Origin: a virus
Taxonomy: Duplodnaviria > Caudoviricetes
Direction: 5' to 3' (one strand)
Virus record (IMG/VR): IMGVR_UViG_3300021400_000552
Coordinates: 1 to 64,000 of that record
Length of the DNA: 64,000 nucleotides
Below are positions 48,301 through 56,641 of this stretch, piece by piece (within the stretch, counting starts at the first letter, position 1; each line of letters begins with the position of its first letter). A program made the translations under genes and the position numbers. Below the pieces are notes generated by a model that was not told the origin of the DNA, did no database searches, and saw only the letters and a list, made by a program, of their open reading frames with translations.

Positions 48301-51300
48301 GGATACCGATGCAAAGACCATATCGTATGCGAGTGGGTATGCTTTACCAAACTCCGTCTTCACAAGTGGCGTACCATTCAAGGCGAATACGCAATACACG
48401 CTCATATTAAAATTCTCCAACACCAAAGCGAGAACAAATGTGAGAGTGGTGTACACCGATGGAACAAATCAATTCATTCCGACTTCGGCAACGGGCTTAC
48501 AGACAATCACATTCACTTCCACGGCAAACAAGACCATTGACTACATCGGCGGACTTAATAGTGATGGCGCGTCGGTGTTCTACTACGAAGAGTGCGGAGT
48601 GTTCGAGGGCGTTCTGACCGCAGACCAATTTGAACCATATCAGAGCGAATCCTACACCACCCCACTCCCCACCACAGTATACGGTGGGACGGTTGATGTG
48701 GTCAACGGGACGCTGACGGTGGATAGGGCGATGGTGGACTTGGGGACGCTGTCGGCTGGCTATAACTCGACATGGCAATGTTGGTATCTTGCAAGCGGAA
48801 TCAGCGGTGCAAAGGTTGTTGGCTCAAACAATAATGCGCCGAGTGCGATTTCTGACAGAATGACAGCAGTTAAGGCAAGTGGTTATACATCATCACATAG
48901 TACAGGCACATTCTCGCAGAACACAAGTGGAGCATGGTTTTTCGACAACGGAAGTGAAACACAACTTAATGGCACTCTCGTCTACGAACTCGCCACACCA
49001 CAAACCATCCAACTCACCCCACAGCAGATACAGACTCTCCTCGGACGCAACAACGTGTGGAGCGATGGCGGGGTTGAGGTTAGAGTAAAATACGTCGCTG
49101 AAAAAGACGCAGAATGGACTATCACCCTACTCTACCCTACTGAAGAAAGCCCATATGTTTGGTGGAAACATCGTACAAATTTCTCAAATAGTGATGATTA
49201 TTATGAGAGTGATCCTACGATATTTAATTCCTATCCAGAGGATTTAAGCAACAGAATATCCAACGTAGAAACATCTTACGTCAAAACGTCTACTTTTAAT
49301 GTCACAACAGATGAAATACGTGGCGAGGTATCTTCTTTAGAAACTACCACTAAGTCATATACAGATGGCAAGATTTCACAAGAAGTCACAGATCGTAACT
49401 CTGCAATACAACAAAGTGCAAATAATATTACAAGCACTGTATCGCAAACATATGCGACTAAAGATACTGTTAATGGAATTAGTAATAGAGTCACAAGTGC
49501 CGAATCATCCATCACTCAAAATGCAAATAACATTGCCTTAAAGGTAAGTCAAGATGGTGTGATTGCATCTATTAATGCATCACCAGAATCAGTTACAATT
49601 AATGCAAATCGTGTCAATATTGCTGGTGCGGCTATCTTTAGTCAGTACACTAAAACGGCTGATCTCGATGATACTATTTCCGATCTTGGATATGCACAAA
49701 CATCAGATACTGTTGCTGATGCACAACGGATATATATATCGAAGAGCGCCACTGGTTCGTACACTGGTCCAACAACATGGGTAACTTCTACTACTTATAC
49801 GGCAGATGTTTGGACTACCAAACGTCCCGCATACGATTCCAAACATCCCTATTTATACACATGCATACAGAAAAAGACTGTGGATGGCACGATAACGTGC
49901 ACGCCTGTGTTGCTTGATGACACCACCACTATTATTGACGGTGGAAAAATTATTACCGGTTCTGTATCAACAAGCCAGCTCGCTACAGATGCTGTTAAGT
50001 CGTCAAATTATGTTGCTGCAGATAGTGATCTCCCCTACTCTTCCGACGGAACATTTCTTGATCTGAGTAGTGGTAATATCTATTCTCCGAATTTTGGCGT
50101 TATTAATAGTGCTGTATTGGATGAACATGGAGATGTTGTATTGCAGCCAGGTGCTTATTTGAATGGTGAAATCGTTGCTACATCTGGTATGATTGGCGAT
50201 GACGAAAATACGTCATGGGAAATTGGTGCATTTACAGATTACAATGCAGACACTTATGGTTCACTTATATCTCATGGTAAAGCGTTCATACAATCTGGCA
50301 AATGGATGTTGAGCGAAGACTTATTTGATACGCGCTGGTACGCTCTTGATGGATCTACTGGCGGGCAAAAGATCACATACCCATATGACGCATCTGTATA
50401 CTGGGATTTTGGTTTACACGCCCCAGACGTGGTTAAAACAAGCAATAGAACAACGTTAGATGACTCATTTTTATATATACGTAAGCATGCTTCAACTATC
50501 CCATCGATTGAATCTGAATGGGATTATGTATTTCGAATTGATAAATCTGGCATGGTTTATATAAATGGCCAATCTTTAGATGATAAATATGCATCCAAAA
50601 CTGACGTTGGTAGTGATTATTTGCCAAAAACTGGCGGTACGATTACGGGCAATTTAACTGTTACCGGAACAATTACCGGAACGGCTAGCAATGCCGCGAA
50701 GACAACCGGCACTTTATCAATTAACGGCAAGACATTTAATGGCTCCGCTGATGTGAATGTCGGAACACTTGGTGTTGCGTACGGTGGTACGGGAGAAACG
50801 ACGCTAAATGCTGCAGCGAATAGTTTGATCAACTCTCTAGGCGCAGGTACTGCAACAACTATTACTGATAATGTTGACATTATTACTCGCGACACTGGTA
50901 CATCTAATAATTACTATCGTAGAAAAGCTACTGTTCTTTGGAATTATATTAATGGTAAACTAACATCCGCAGATACCTATATGCCTAAATCTGGCGGCAC
51001 GTTCACTGGCGACGTAACATTTAACGGCGAAACCACATTCAACTCCCCTGTTTCCATAAATGACGAATTATATGCAGATAGTGTTAATGCCGGGAATTTG
51101 ATTGTCAGTGGCGCCGGACGGTTTACGAATGGTTTATATGGTGATTTGATTGGTAATGTATCTGGTAATGTTACTGGTGATCTTACAGGTAATGTAACTG
51201 GTAATGTTTCTGGTTATGCTAGAAAAGTTTTAGATGCCGGAAATAATACATCTGAAATCACATTTGCATATTCTAAGCAAGGTCTAACAACAGCGTCATG

Positions 51301-54300
51301 GCTTGCAGCATGGAATGGTTATGAATTACGGGCTATTTCTCCTACGGTTGTCAAGGGTTTGATGTCGTTATCTAAGTCAGATGTGGGCCTTGATAATGTA
51401 GAGAATACCATAGATGCAAATAAGCGTGTTAAGGGTGCGAATATCACTACAGAGCTTAATTCTGTCGCTAAATACTCAGACACATCTGGTACGTTTGCAG
51501 ATTCTGGGATTTATATTGACGATAATAATAATCTAGTGATTGGCGCTACTGACGCATCAAATAACGTTACTCATACCGGAAACCTTAAAATAGGTGTGAG
51601 AAATGACAGTTATGGATTGATGCCATATGCAAACAACTGGAATACTATTGGCGCATCCAATATGCGGTGGTATCACATTTGGGGGAGCACTATTCACGCT
51701 ACTCATGGTGATATTACAAATTGGTGGTCTAATAATAATATTGGCTCACCTGTAACATCAGGTGCAGCGGCTACTAAGGGTAAGTTTAATTTATATAATA
51801 TTTGTGCTGTTGGTGGAACACAGACTAAAACATCAATTGAGGCAAATGACGCAACGAATAGTAATATCTCACTCATTTTGCCGTCTGAATCAGGTACGTT
51901 AGCTCTGACAAAGAACTATCAACCGTATGTTCATTATTCTACGACGGCTGCTAATGACACGATGGCGTCGAAGTATTATAAAATAAAAATTAACTCTACA
52001 CAGGCTTGGATGTTAAGCTTCGTTGTAAGGTTATATCATTATTATTCTGCCTATGATTTACAAATTAGTGGTTATAACTATGGTTCAAGTCATTGGTATT
52101 CGCCAGATGTCGTAATGCTGGGTTCTAATACAACTGGGGCAATCGACGTAACGTTTGGGTATGATGGTGACTATCAACTATGGGTGTCTATTCCGGCTAG
52201 TGCATATACTGGATTGGACATTACTAATGTTACAAATGGATATTTCCAAGTGGATAATCTGGAAGGTTTGTTTACGATAACATTAGAAGATAGCCAACCA
52301 ACTACTGTTCAAACAACCAAAACGGCTTATCGCCCGTGGTATCGTAATGAAACAGTAACTAATGCTACTAATGCCACTAATGCGACAAATGCATCTAAGG
52401 TTAATAACCATACTGTAAATGCTGATGTACCGTCTGGCGCGAAGTTTACAGATACAACGTATGTAGTGGCGACAAATACAGCTGATGGCCTAATGTCCGC
52501 CGACGATAAGAAGAAGCTTGATCAGATTAACGTTTCTGATATTGGTCGTGTTGATGCCAATACGATTGTTGGCGAGAAAGATATTAAAGTTACTATTTCA
52601 TCTGGTATTGCTACAGTCGGTCACGCTAATACAGCTATTACGGCTGGTACGGCAAGTGGCACTTCAAGCGCTACCAATTTGGCATTTGGCGCAACAGTTA
52701 CTTTACCATCTGTAACATATGACGCTTATGGTCATATTACAGCAGCAAGTACAACATCGTTTAAACTCCCAGCTGCACCTACAAGTGTAAGTGGTAATGC
52801 TGGTACTGCAACGCAATTTAGTTCTGCGGCAAGCGTAACGTTAACTGGTGATACAACTGGTTCCGCAAGTAGCGTTAAAGGGTGGTCGTTAACTACGAAG
52901 ACTGATCGCCTATCCACTGTCAGTGATAATCGTAGCGTTGCAACAACGCCAAATGAATATAAAAATAAATTTATATTCCAAGGGCTAAAAAATAATAGTA
53001 CTATTGGCAGTCCGTCTACCTCTACATACTCCTATTTGTTTGGACTACGTGGTTGGAGTGATAATTCTGGTGGCAATGCGCATGAACTAGCATTTAATGA
53101 TGCTGGCATTTATCGTCGTCAAGGTGCAACAGATTCATGGAATAATTGGGAACAATTGCTTGATTCTGGTAATTATACTGACTACACTGTGAAAAAAGAC
53201 GGCACTGGTGCTACTGGTGATTGGGATATCAATATCAGTGGTAATGCCGCTACAGCCAGTAAAATGGCTATTTTGGAGACTAAATCGTATAGCAATATTA
53301 TCGGTGCAACGACAGCAGATGCAGACACTCATTTCTACTTTGCAAAAATACAACCTGAAAGCTATAGTGCTAGATGGCGCATTAAATATAAAATTAGTGC
53401 AACTATGAATGGTCAACCAGAAGGTGCGGCATATTCTATAGTCGAGATTGAGGGTATGCGCAATACTTATGGTGTTTATCGCACATATAATATGCATACG
53501 AATAGCGGTTATCGACCGTATTATTACCATACACTTTATTTCGCAAGAGATACTGGTATTAATAATGGATATGGTCATGCGTTAGGTGTAAGTCTATTGT
53601 ATTCGTATGGCTCAGCCACAACTGCTAACGCTCGACATTTCGACATTGAGGTTTATGAATGTGAGGGATGTACTCTTACATTTTTAGATAATATGGTAAC
53701 ATATGCGGATTGGCCAGGTAATGGATCGACTAATTATTATAGCAGAAGTAATTTCGATGGTTCAACATATGGTTGGACGCAGGCTGGTGACAGGAATGAT
53801 GTTAATTATCAACAAAGAATTTATTATACTAGCAGTATAGCTGCCGAAGCTATTTATAGATATCAGTTATTATTGCGTGATAGAGATCAGCATTTAATAC
53901 CTGTTAGCTCTGCTAATAATACTTTCGCCATTGGAAAAACATATTCATCTAAACCATTTGATCCATTTGGGGAGATTTATTATTATTACAGTTCTGGTTC
54001 TGTATCAGCTAATGGCAATGTTGGTAATTCTACACTTTATAGACAATTTTTAGTAGATTTGCGTTATGCATTTGATTTAGACGCATCTTCATCTCATGAA
54101 TTGGTTGCCAGAAAACCTGTTTATCTTACAGCAACGCCACAGGCTGATGGCACTGCAATTTTGACAAAGCTTAATAATAGCACTATTGGGCCTTTGACAC
54201 AGAACCTGCCAACATCAGATGATGGATTAATTTACATTTATCTTGGACAGGCATATGAAGACTCACACCCATATAGATTAGAGCTGTCACTACATCATCC

Positions 54301-54892
54301 TGTGTTTTGGTATAAAGATGGTAGTGTAAAACAATATGCCCCATTTGCATCTAAAGCGTTAACCGCTGTAACGGCTACATCTGCTGCGAGTGCAGCCAGT
54401 GCTACAAATGCCACAAATGCTACAAATGCAACAAATCTATTAGCGCATAGTAATAACGAGGTCTTTATTGGTGCAAATAGCGCAACGGCCGGATCATCCA
54501 CTAATGATAGCGTGTGGATTAACTATCGAGATGTTTATAATGGTTCTACCTCTAACAATGCCACGAAAGTAACAGATTACTATTTTGGCAATAGAAAAGG
54601 TAATACTACGGATGTTGAGGTTCATGCGGCTACATTTGCCGGAGCTTTGTCTGGCAATGCAACAAGTGCTACCGCTATTAGTAGCAGCACGTTTACAGCG
54701 GCATCTGCATCTGATGTAGATAGATACATGTGGATGTCATGGAACGATAATGGCGGTAGACCATGTTATTCTGCTGATGTGACATATAATACAAGCACGA
54801 AGATCTTAAAAACTCCAAAATTACAAATGGAAAATTGGAATGTGTCAGAAGATACTGTAACTAAAGCACTAGTCTTTAAGTTTGTAGGCTAA
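42353..54892 (+). CDS. Giant tail-associated (Tal/central fibre, host specificity) protein, 4179 aa
   Basis: Follows Dit; N-terminal tail-hub-like region, ITAG/IDA beta-helix-like repeats, coiled coils, Thr/Asn/Gly-rich fibre modules. Confidence 0.8.
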   Translation: MIINFSSIQRDYYGNIEEPVVTLKTPHGAVISTIPANCINMTCRYNDVSEVTFDVPGYIEGVKTHAYDDIQGLRLVEIGDFGDFVLVNPVKEDEDGIKEVKHCTAYSLEYVFNYKQVDLGSGTYNFCNPLDNTDTIMGMLVEAVPDWSIGDVDEALIGRWRTFEQTDDNWYSFMMNDLQKAYNCLFIFDTKNKRINAINVSRENENLPIYLSYHNLLKSVTVTELSEDVVTALSGYGSGDDMNIRDVNPNGTTKIYNLDFFIARGDLPSDLADRWREYKAKLETQQVVYSGLQIAYNDRLAQLLAAQANVYALQTDYDALDTTLKTNQEVALQAQTDSEREIIDTIIAELKNEVAQKERALIAAKKEIADEDGSGLERDVEELQQQLMDVVEECKLDNFFTVDELEILSQYFIEDSITEDSFVLSEYGAAFADNLYANLDESASAQIQVTNSKVYATDAFALIEDIEGMDLDASLQQQLIDQLNDDKDKSSLEMRGGTLTFSYYETTDYGLEQHTLSGDIVSVDFQYNLKNLSSYVDENSPDMTKKDYFILTADLANGSADDAPYPSMRLAMDGFIGNPTPSSTDTTLDIHFKNLTYTCTASVTELQKQGVLKELYDYTKDELKKLSEPSYEFSVDSANFLFAEKFEPFKDALKLGSTINLVIDQEEEEVLEPILIEVNFDFEDQTRLQLTFSDKYKSSSHQFKLADLIQEATHSARSVSLNKASYSSYKDSDASSQVRQMKESALDVSKNKIINATNQNLEWNESGIFLRKNDATGSPQPQQIGLINDAIVFTKDDWDTIEMAIGAIYDQNTGLGYGIAAPSIYGTLIAGENLVIENTVLSEDGTEILKQFKVDATGAWLNNSSLVLASDNGGKMFIDPDYGFAAGNADLYELDGNTVIPSFIDPEDGSIIMDEAELIHTASGSYYYVPKNANFYFDIKTGNAYFAGDINGKNILAETINGMAITQNTLDGSAIINGTVDAGAKLTGDVDADQLYKNVVAAVNQYVDTQLANQDPITAINNKVIQNLSAVNFTANKIVADELSAAAMDAVKAEIGTLDADTIILDTPTAKMIIDPKYGMAAGNANLFTVDSEGNVTPSFTDLSGNIIIDPNTGAPRNSTLFFDIKTGKTYFTGEISASQITSGDISSDRIKTNVINAVNASIGTATIDAAKIGDLSADKITSGDIDADRIKTNVISAINADLTSATINTAHIPNLDASKITTGTLSADVIDTESLLADSATIDALKAKDATIEGNITAATGRIDTLESTALTADSAVITNLQAADATITGRLDAAEGNITTLTADNATINGKITAAEGRIDTLETTALTADSAVITNLQAADATITGRLDAAEGNITNLTANKADITDLNAATADINLLKANKADIDLANVNNAWITNGVIKDAAISDAQIIGVSANKLTAGTIDANKITVANLNAKNLVVETINGQAILGGSYNAVDKTSAGYASKVPATEGWYEIVDGAFVKSSDTSVHNNKTYYTLGQTSVTTTDYVDDIVDGLNDRIDGAIQTYTTDVVPTLNNYPAEDWTTTKLLDEHVGDVCYVVNAASQADGYCYRFTKAQDNNYSWTLIKDSDVTKALQDLITAQGDISGLKSFETQTTSWMNNTDDELTSIKSRTSTLETNMDTKVDTTTFNTLSQTVDENSSSITTLTTTVNGKADSSIVTTLSNTVNTVSQKANQNESDIRTLTQTVTDNETDIEQKYSNVTQDLNGFKTTVGNTYTKVADLVNNQTDYYMLTTSNESVENAKERYVKTTFGVVASFDDGVDRPMKSLQMDLTPKQDLHGYDSPWIGGSGKNKLDQSAYTWLDATSYSNGVFTAETRTPFNSAMVRLYKNGEVVSTINKAPTEGSRVSMNVTVDDTWDACFIGYRMGGASNIGGLFNKPIVADGTYTVSFMVDKLPSTSVYGKFSNIQFESGSTATSYEPYSNVCPISGWDEVETQRTGVNVWGGVTMANGIKNAIPQAVLDTDAKTISYASGYALPNSVFTSGVPFKANTQYTLILKFSNTKARTNVRVVYTDGTNQFIPTSATGLQTITFTSTANKTIDYIGGLNSDGASVFYYEECGVFEGVLTADQFEPYQSESYTTPLPTTVYGGTVDVVNGTLTVDRAMVDLGTLSAGYNSTWQCWYLASGISGAKVVGSNNNAPSAISDRMTAVKASGYTSSHSTGTFSQNTSGAWFFDNGSETQLNGTLVYELATPQTIQLTPQQIQTLLGRNNVWSDGGVEVRVKYVAEKDAEWTITLLYPTEESPYVWWKHRTNFSNSDDYYESDPTIFNSYPEDLSNRISNVETSYVKTSTFNVTTDEIRGEVSSLETTTKSYTDGKISQEVTDRNSAIQQSANNITSTVSQTYATKDTVNGISNRVTSAESSITQNANNIALKVSQDGVIASINASPESVTINANRVNIAGAAIFSQYTKTADLDDTISDLGYAQTSDTVADAQRIYISKSATGSYTGPTTWVTSTTYTADVWTTKRPAYDSKHPYLYTCIQKKTVDGTITCTPVLLDDTTTIIDGGKIITGSVSTSQLATDAVKSSNYVAADSDLPYSSDGTFLDLSSGNIYSPNFGVINSAVLDEHGDVVLQPGAYLNGEIVATSGMIGDDENTSWEIGAFTDYNADTYGSLISHGKAFIQSGKWMLSEDLFDTRWYALDGSTGGQKITYPYDASVYWDFGLHAPDVVKTSNRTTLDDSFLYIRKHASTIPSIESEWDYVFRIDKSGMVYINGQSLDDKYASKTDVGSDYLPKTGGTITGNLTVTGTITGTASNAAKTTGTLSINGKTFNGSADVNVGTLGVAYGGTGETTLNAAANSLINSLGAGTATTITDNVDIITRDTGTSNNYYRRKATVLWNYINGKLTSADTYMPKSGGTFTGDVTFNGETTFNSPVSINDELYADSVNAGNLIVSGAGRFTNGLYGDLIGNVSGNVTGDLTGNVTGNVSGYARKVLDAGNNTSEITFAYSKQGLTTASWLAAWNGYELRAISPTVVKGLMSLSKSDVGLDNVENTIDANKRVKGANITTELNSVAKYSDTSGTFADSGIYIDDNNNLVIGATDASNNVTHTGNLKIGVRNDSYGLMPYANNWNTIGASNMRWYHIWGSTIHATHGDITNWWSNNNIGSPVTSGAAATKGKFNLYNICAVGGTQTKTSIEANDATNSNISLILPSESGTLALTKNYQPYVHYSTTAANDTMASKYYKIKINSTQAWMLSFVVRLYHYYSAYDLQISGYNYGSSHWYSPDVVMLGSNTTGAIDVTFGYDGDYQLWVSIPASAYTGLDITNVTNGYFQVDNLEGLFTITLEDSQPTTVQTTKTAYRPWYRNETVTNATNATNATNASKVNNHTVNADVPSGAKFTDTTYVVATNTADGLMSADDKKKLDQINVSDIGRVDANTIVGEKDIKVTISSGIATVGHANTAITAGTASGTSSATNLAFGATVTLPSVTYDAYGHITAASTTSFKLPAAPTSVSGNAGTATQFSSAASVTLTGDTTGSASSVKGWSLTTKTDRLSTVSDNRSVATTPNEYKNKFIFQGLKNNSTIGSPSTSTYSYLFGLRGWSDNSGGNAHELAFNDAGIYRRQGATDSWNNWEQLLDSGNYTDYTVKKDGTGATGDWDINISGNAATASKMAILETKSYSNIIGATTADADTHFYFAKIQPESYSARWRIKYKISATMNGQPEGAAYSIVEIEGMRNTYGVYRTYNMHTNSGYRPYYYHTLYFARDTGINNGYGHALGVSLLYSYGSATTANARHFDIEVYECEGCTLTFLDNMVTYADWPGNGSTNYYSRSNFDGSTYGWTQAGDRNDVNYQQRIYYTSSIAAEAIYRYQLLLRDRDQHLIPVSSANNTFAIGKTYSSKPFDPFGEIYYYYSSGSVSANGNVGNSTLYRQFLVDLRYAFDLDASSSHELVARKPVYLTATPQADGTAILTKLNNSTIGPLTQNLPTSDDGLIYIYLGQAYEDSHPYRLELSLHHPVFWYKDGSVKQYAPFASKALTAVTATSAASAASATNATNATNATNLLAHSNNEVFIGANSATAGSSTNDSVWINYRDVYNGSTSNNATKVTDYYFGNRKGNTTDVEVHAATFAGALSGNATSATAISSSTFTAASASDVDRYMWMSWNDNGGRPCYSADVTYNTSTKILKTPKLQMENWNVSEDTVTKALVFKFVG
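46095..46435 (+). repeat. 171-bp (57-aa) intragenic tandem duplication
   Basis: ATI.G.ITAA.GRIDTLE.TALTADSAVITNLQAADATITGRLDAAEGNIT.LTA twice, 171 nt apart, with synonymous divergence. Confidence 0.8.
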
Positions 54893-54906
54893 TAAATTAA
54901 TGTTAT

Positions 54907-54937
54907 GGGTGTCAAAGTCAGATTTGGCACCCTTTTA
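54907..54937 (+). terminator. Rho-independent terminator
   Basis: GGGTGTCAAA-gtcaga-TTTGGCACCC-TTTT. Confidence 0.65.
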
Positions 54938-54961
54938 TTTATATATGGAGGTAACAATAGG

Positions 54962-56641
54962 ATGAGTTTACAGGTTTGGTTGCCTCTATGTGGTAACTTA
55001 ACACAACAAGGAATAAGTAATATTGAAGCCACGAATCACAATACTGTTGTTAATGATTATGGTAAAATCGGAAAATGTATGGAATTCACAGCTGATAATA
55101 GCTATATTGAATTGCCAGTAACAGATTTAACTCAAATGTCTGGTGCATTTTCAATTGTTTTGTGGGTAAAAATATTATCATGGAATACCAATTACGCAAC
55201 ATTAATAAATGCTTGGGATGTAAGTTATTCATGGAAGAATTTGATATTTTCATTATTAAGATATAGTGGTCAAAATCGACTTTGTTTTAATATCGCAGAT
55301 GGCCATGCATATACAGCGGGTGGCTGTATTACAGATGAATTGGAATTAGACACTTGGTACAATTTTGCATGTATTTATGAACCTGGCGTTACTAAGCTAT
55401 ATCAAGATGGAACTTTAGTGAGTTCTTATAGCACCTCCGTTGTTCCAGATTTTTCAAAGATTACTAGTTGTAAACTTGGTCAAACAATGAACGGATTTTA
55501 CCAAGCTAATTGCTTGATGAATGATGTTCGTTTATATGATCACGCTTTAACAGAAAAAGAAGTCAAAGAAATTAGTCGTGGATTGGTTTTACATTATCCG
55601 TTGAATGATAGATATGTTGAGCCAACAAAAAATATGCTTCCAATAGAAAAACAAAATTTTGTAGTTAATGGTAAAGCAGATGCTGGATATTATAATGTCA
55701 CCACATCTGAGAGTGGGGCTTATACATTGAGCGCCTATATTAAGCGTGAGACAAAAGATGATGAGTGGAGCGCCCCTCGTTTCTCTATGCAGATAAAATA
55801 TACTGATGGCAATACGACATACAATTATACGGCGTTCAATAATATTCCAAAGGATGGAAAGTTCCATTACTATGAGTTGACAACCATATCTAATCCGAAT
55901 AAAACCGTACAATCAGTGTATGGATGGATGCTAGATCATAGTAGTCCTACAACGACAAAATATGTAGAGGTATGTAATGCGCAATTAGAAAATAAAGATC
56001 ATGCTACTGCATATACGTCATCAGAACGTAAATCTTCTGATATATTAGTGCATGATATAAGCGGCTTTTCAAACAACGGCACCGTTACTGGCGCGCTGAG
56101 TACGTCCAGTGATACGGTTAGATATAAGGCGAGTACGTATTTTAATGGCTCAAGCTATGCGCTTACTGATAGTGGTTCTTTTTCATGGTTTGATTTTGAT
56201 AAGTGTACTCTGTCTGTATGGATGAAACCTACTACCACGCCCTCCTCATGGGCGGGAACTTTTGGCATAGCGCATAATAATTCAAGTGGAAATAAATCCT
56301 TTGTTATCGGTAATTATGGCGGAAAGTTTACAATGCAAAGTGCTAATGGTGGCTGGGTAAATATTCAGTCTGTAAATTTACCAATCAATGAATGGCATCA
56401 TTGTGCGGCTACTCTTGATGGGACAACAATTAAAATGTATTTCGATGGTGAACTAGTGAATACTTATACAATAAACTGGGGAACCACCACAGTAGCTTCA
56501 GATACAAGGGTGCAAGTTGGCGTTGATTTACCGGGCTCAGATGAAATTTATCAAGGTTATTATTCTGATGCGAGAATTTATACAATTGCCCTCTCTGCCA
56601 ACGATATTCAAGAACTATACGCAATGGGGGTGAGTGAATGA
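54962..56641 (+). CDS. LamG/concanavalin A-like domain tail protein
   Basis: WYNFA..LYQDG..NDVRLYDHALT and WHHCA..YFDG..SDARIY..ALS; ATG after GGAGG. Confidence 0.8.
   Translation: MSLQVWLPLCGNLTQQGISNIEATNHNTVVNDYGKIGKCMEFTADNSYIELPVTDLTQMSGAFSIVLWVKILSWNTNYATLINAWDVSYSWKNLIFSLLRYSGQNRLCFNIADGHAYTAGGCITDELELDTWYNFACIYEPGVTKLYQDGTLVSSYSTSVVPDFSKITSCKLGQTMNGFYQANCLMNDVRLYDHALTEKEVKEISRGLVLHYPLNDRYVEPTKNMLPIEKQNFVVNGKADAGYYNVTTSESGAYTLSAYIKRETKDDEWSAPRFSMQIKYTDGNTTYNYTAFNNIPKDGKFHYYELTTISNPNKTVQSVYGWMLDHSSPTTTKYVEVCNAQLENKDHATAYTSSERKSSDILVHDISGFSNNGTVTGALSTSSDTVRYKASTYFNGSSYALTDSGSFSWFDFDKCTLSVWMKPTTTPSSWAGTFGIAHNNSSGNKSFVIGNYGGKFTMQSANGGWVNIQSVNLPINEWHHCAATLDGTTIKMYFDGELVNTYTINWGTTTVASDTRVQVGVDLPGSDEIYQGYYSDARIYTIALSANDIQELYAMGVSE

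Noticed and set aside
52355-54435. NATNATNA repeats as a regulatory or contingency repeat
   Set aside because: Short in-frame linker repeats with varied codons, common in tail fibres
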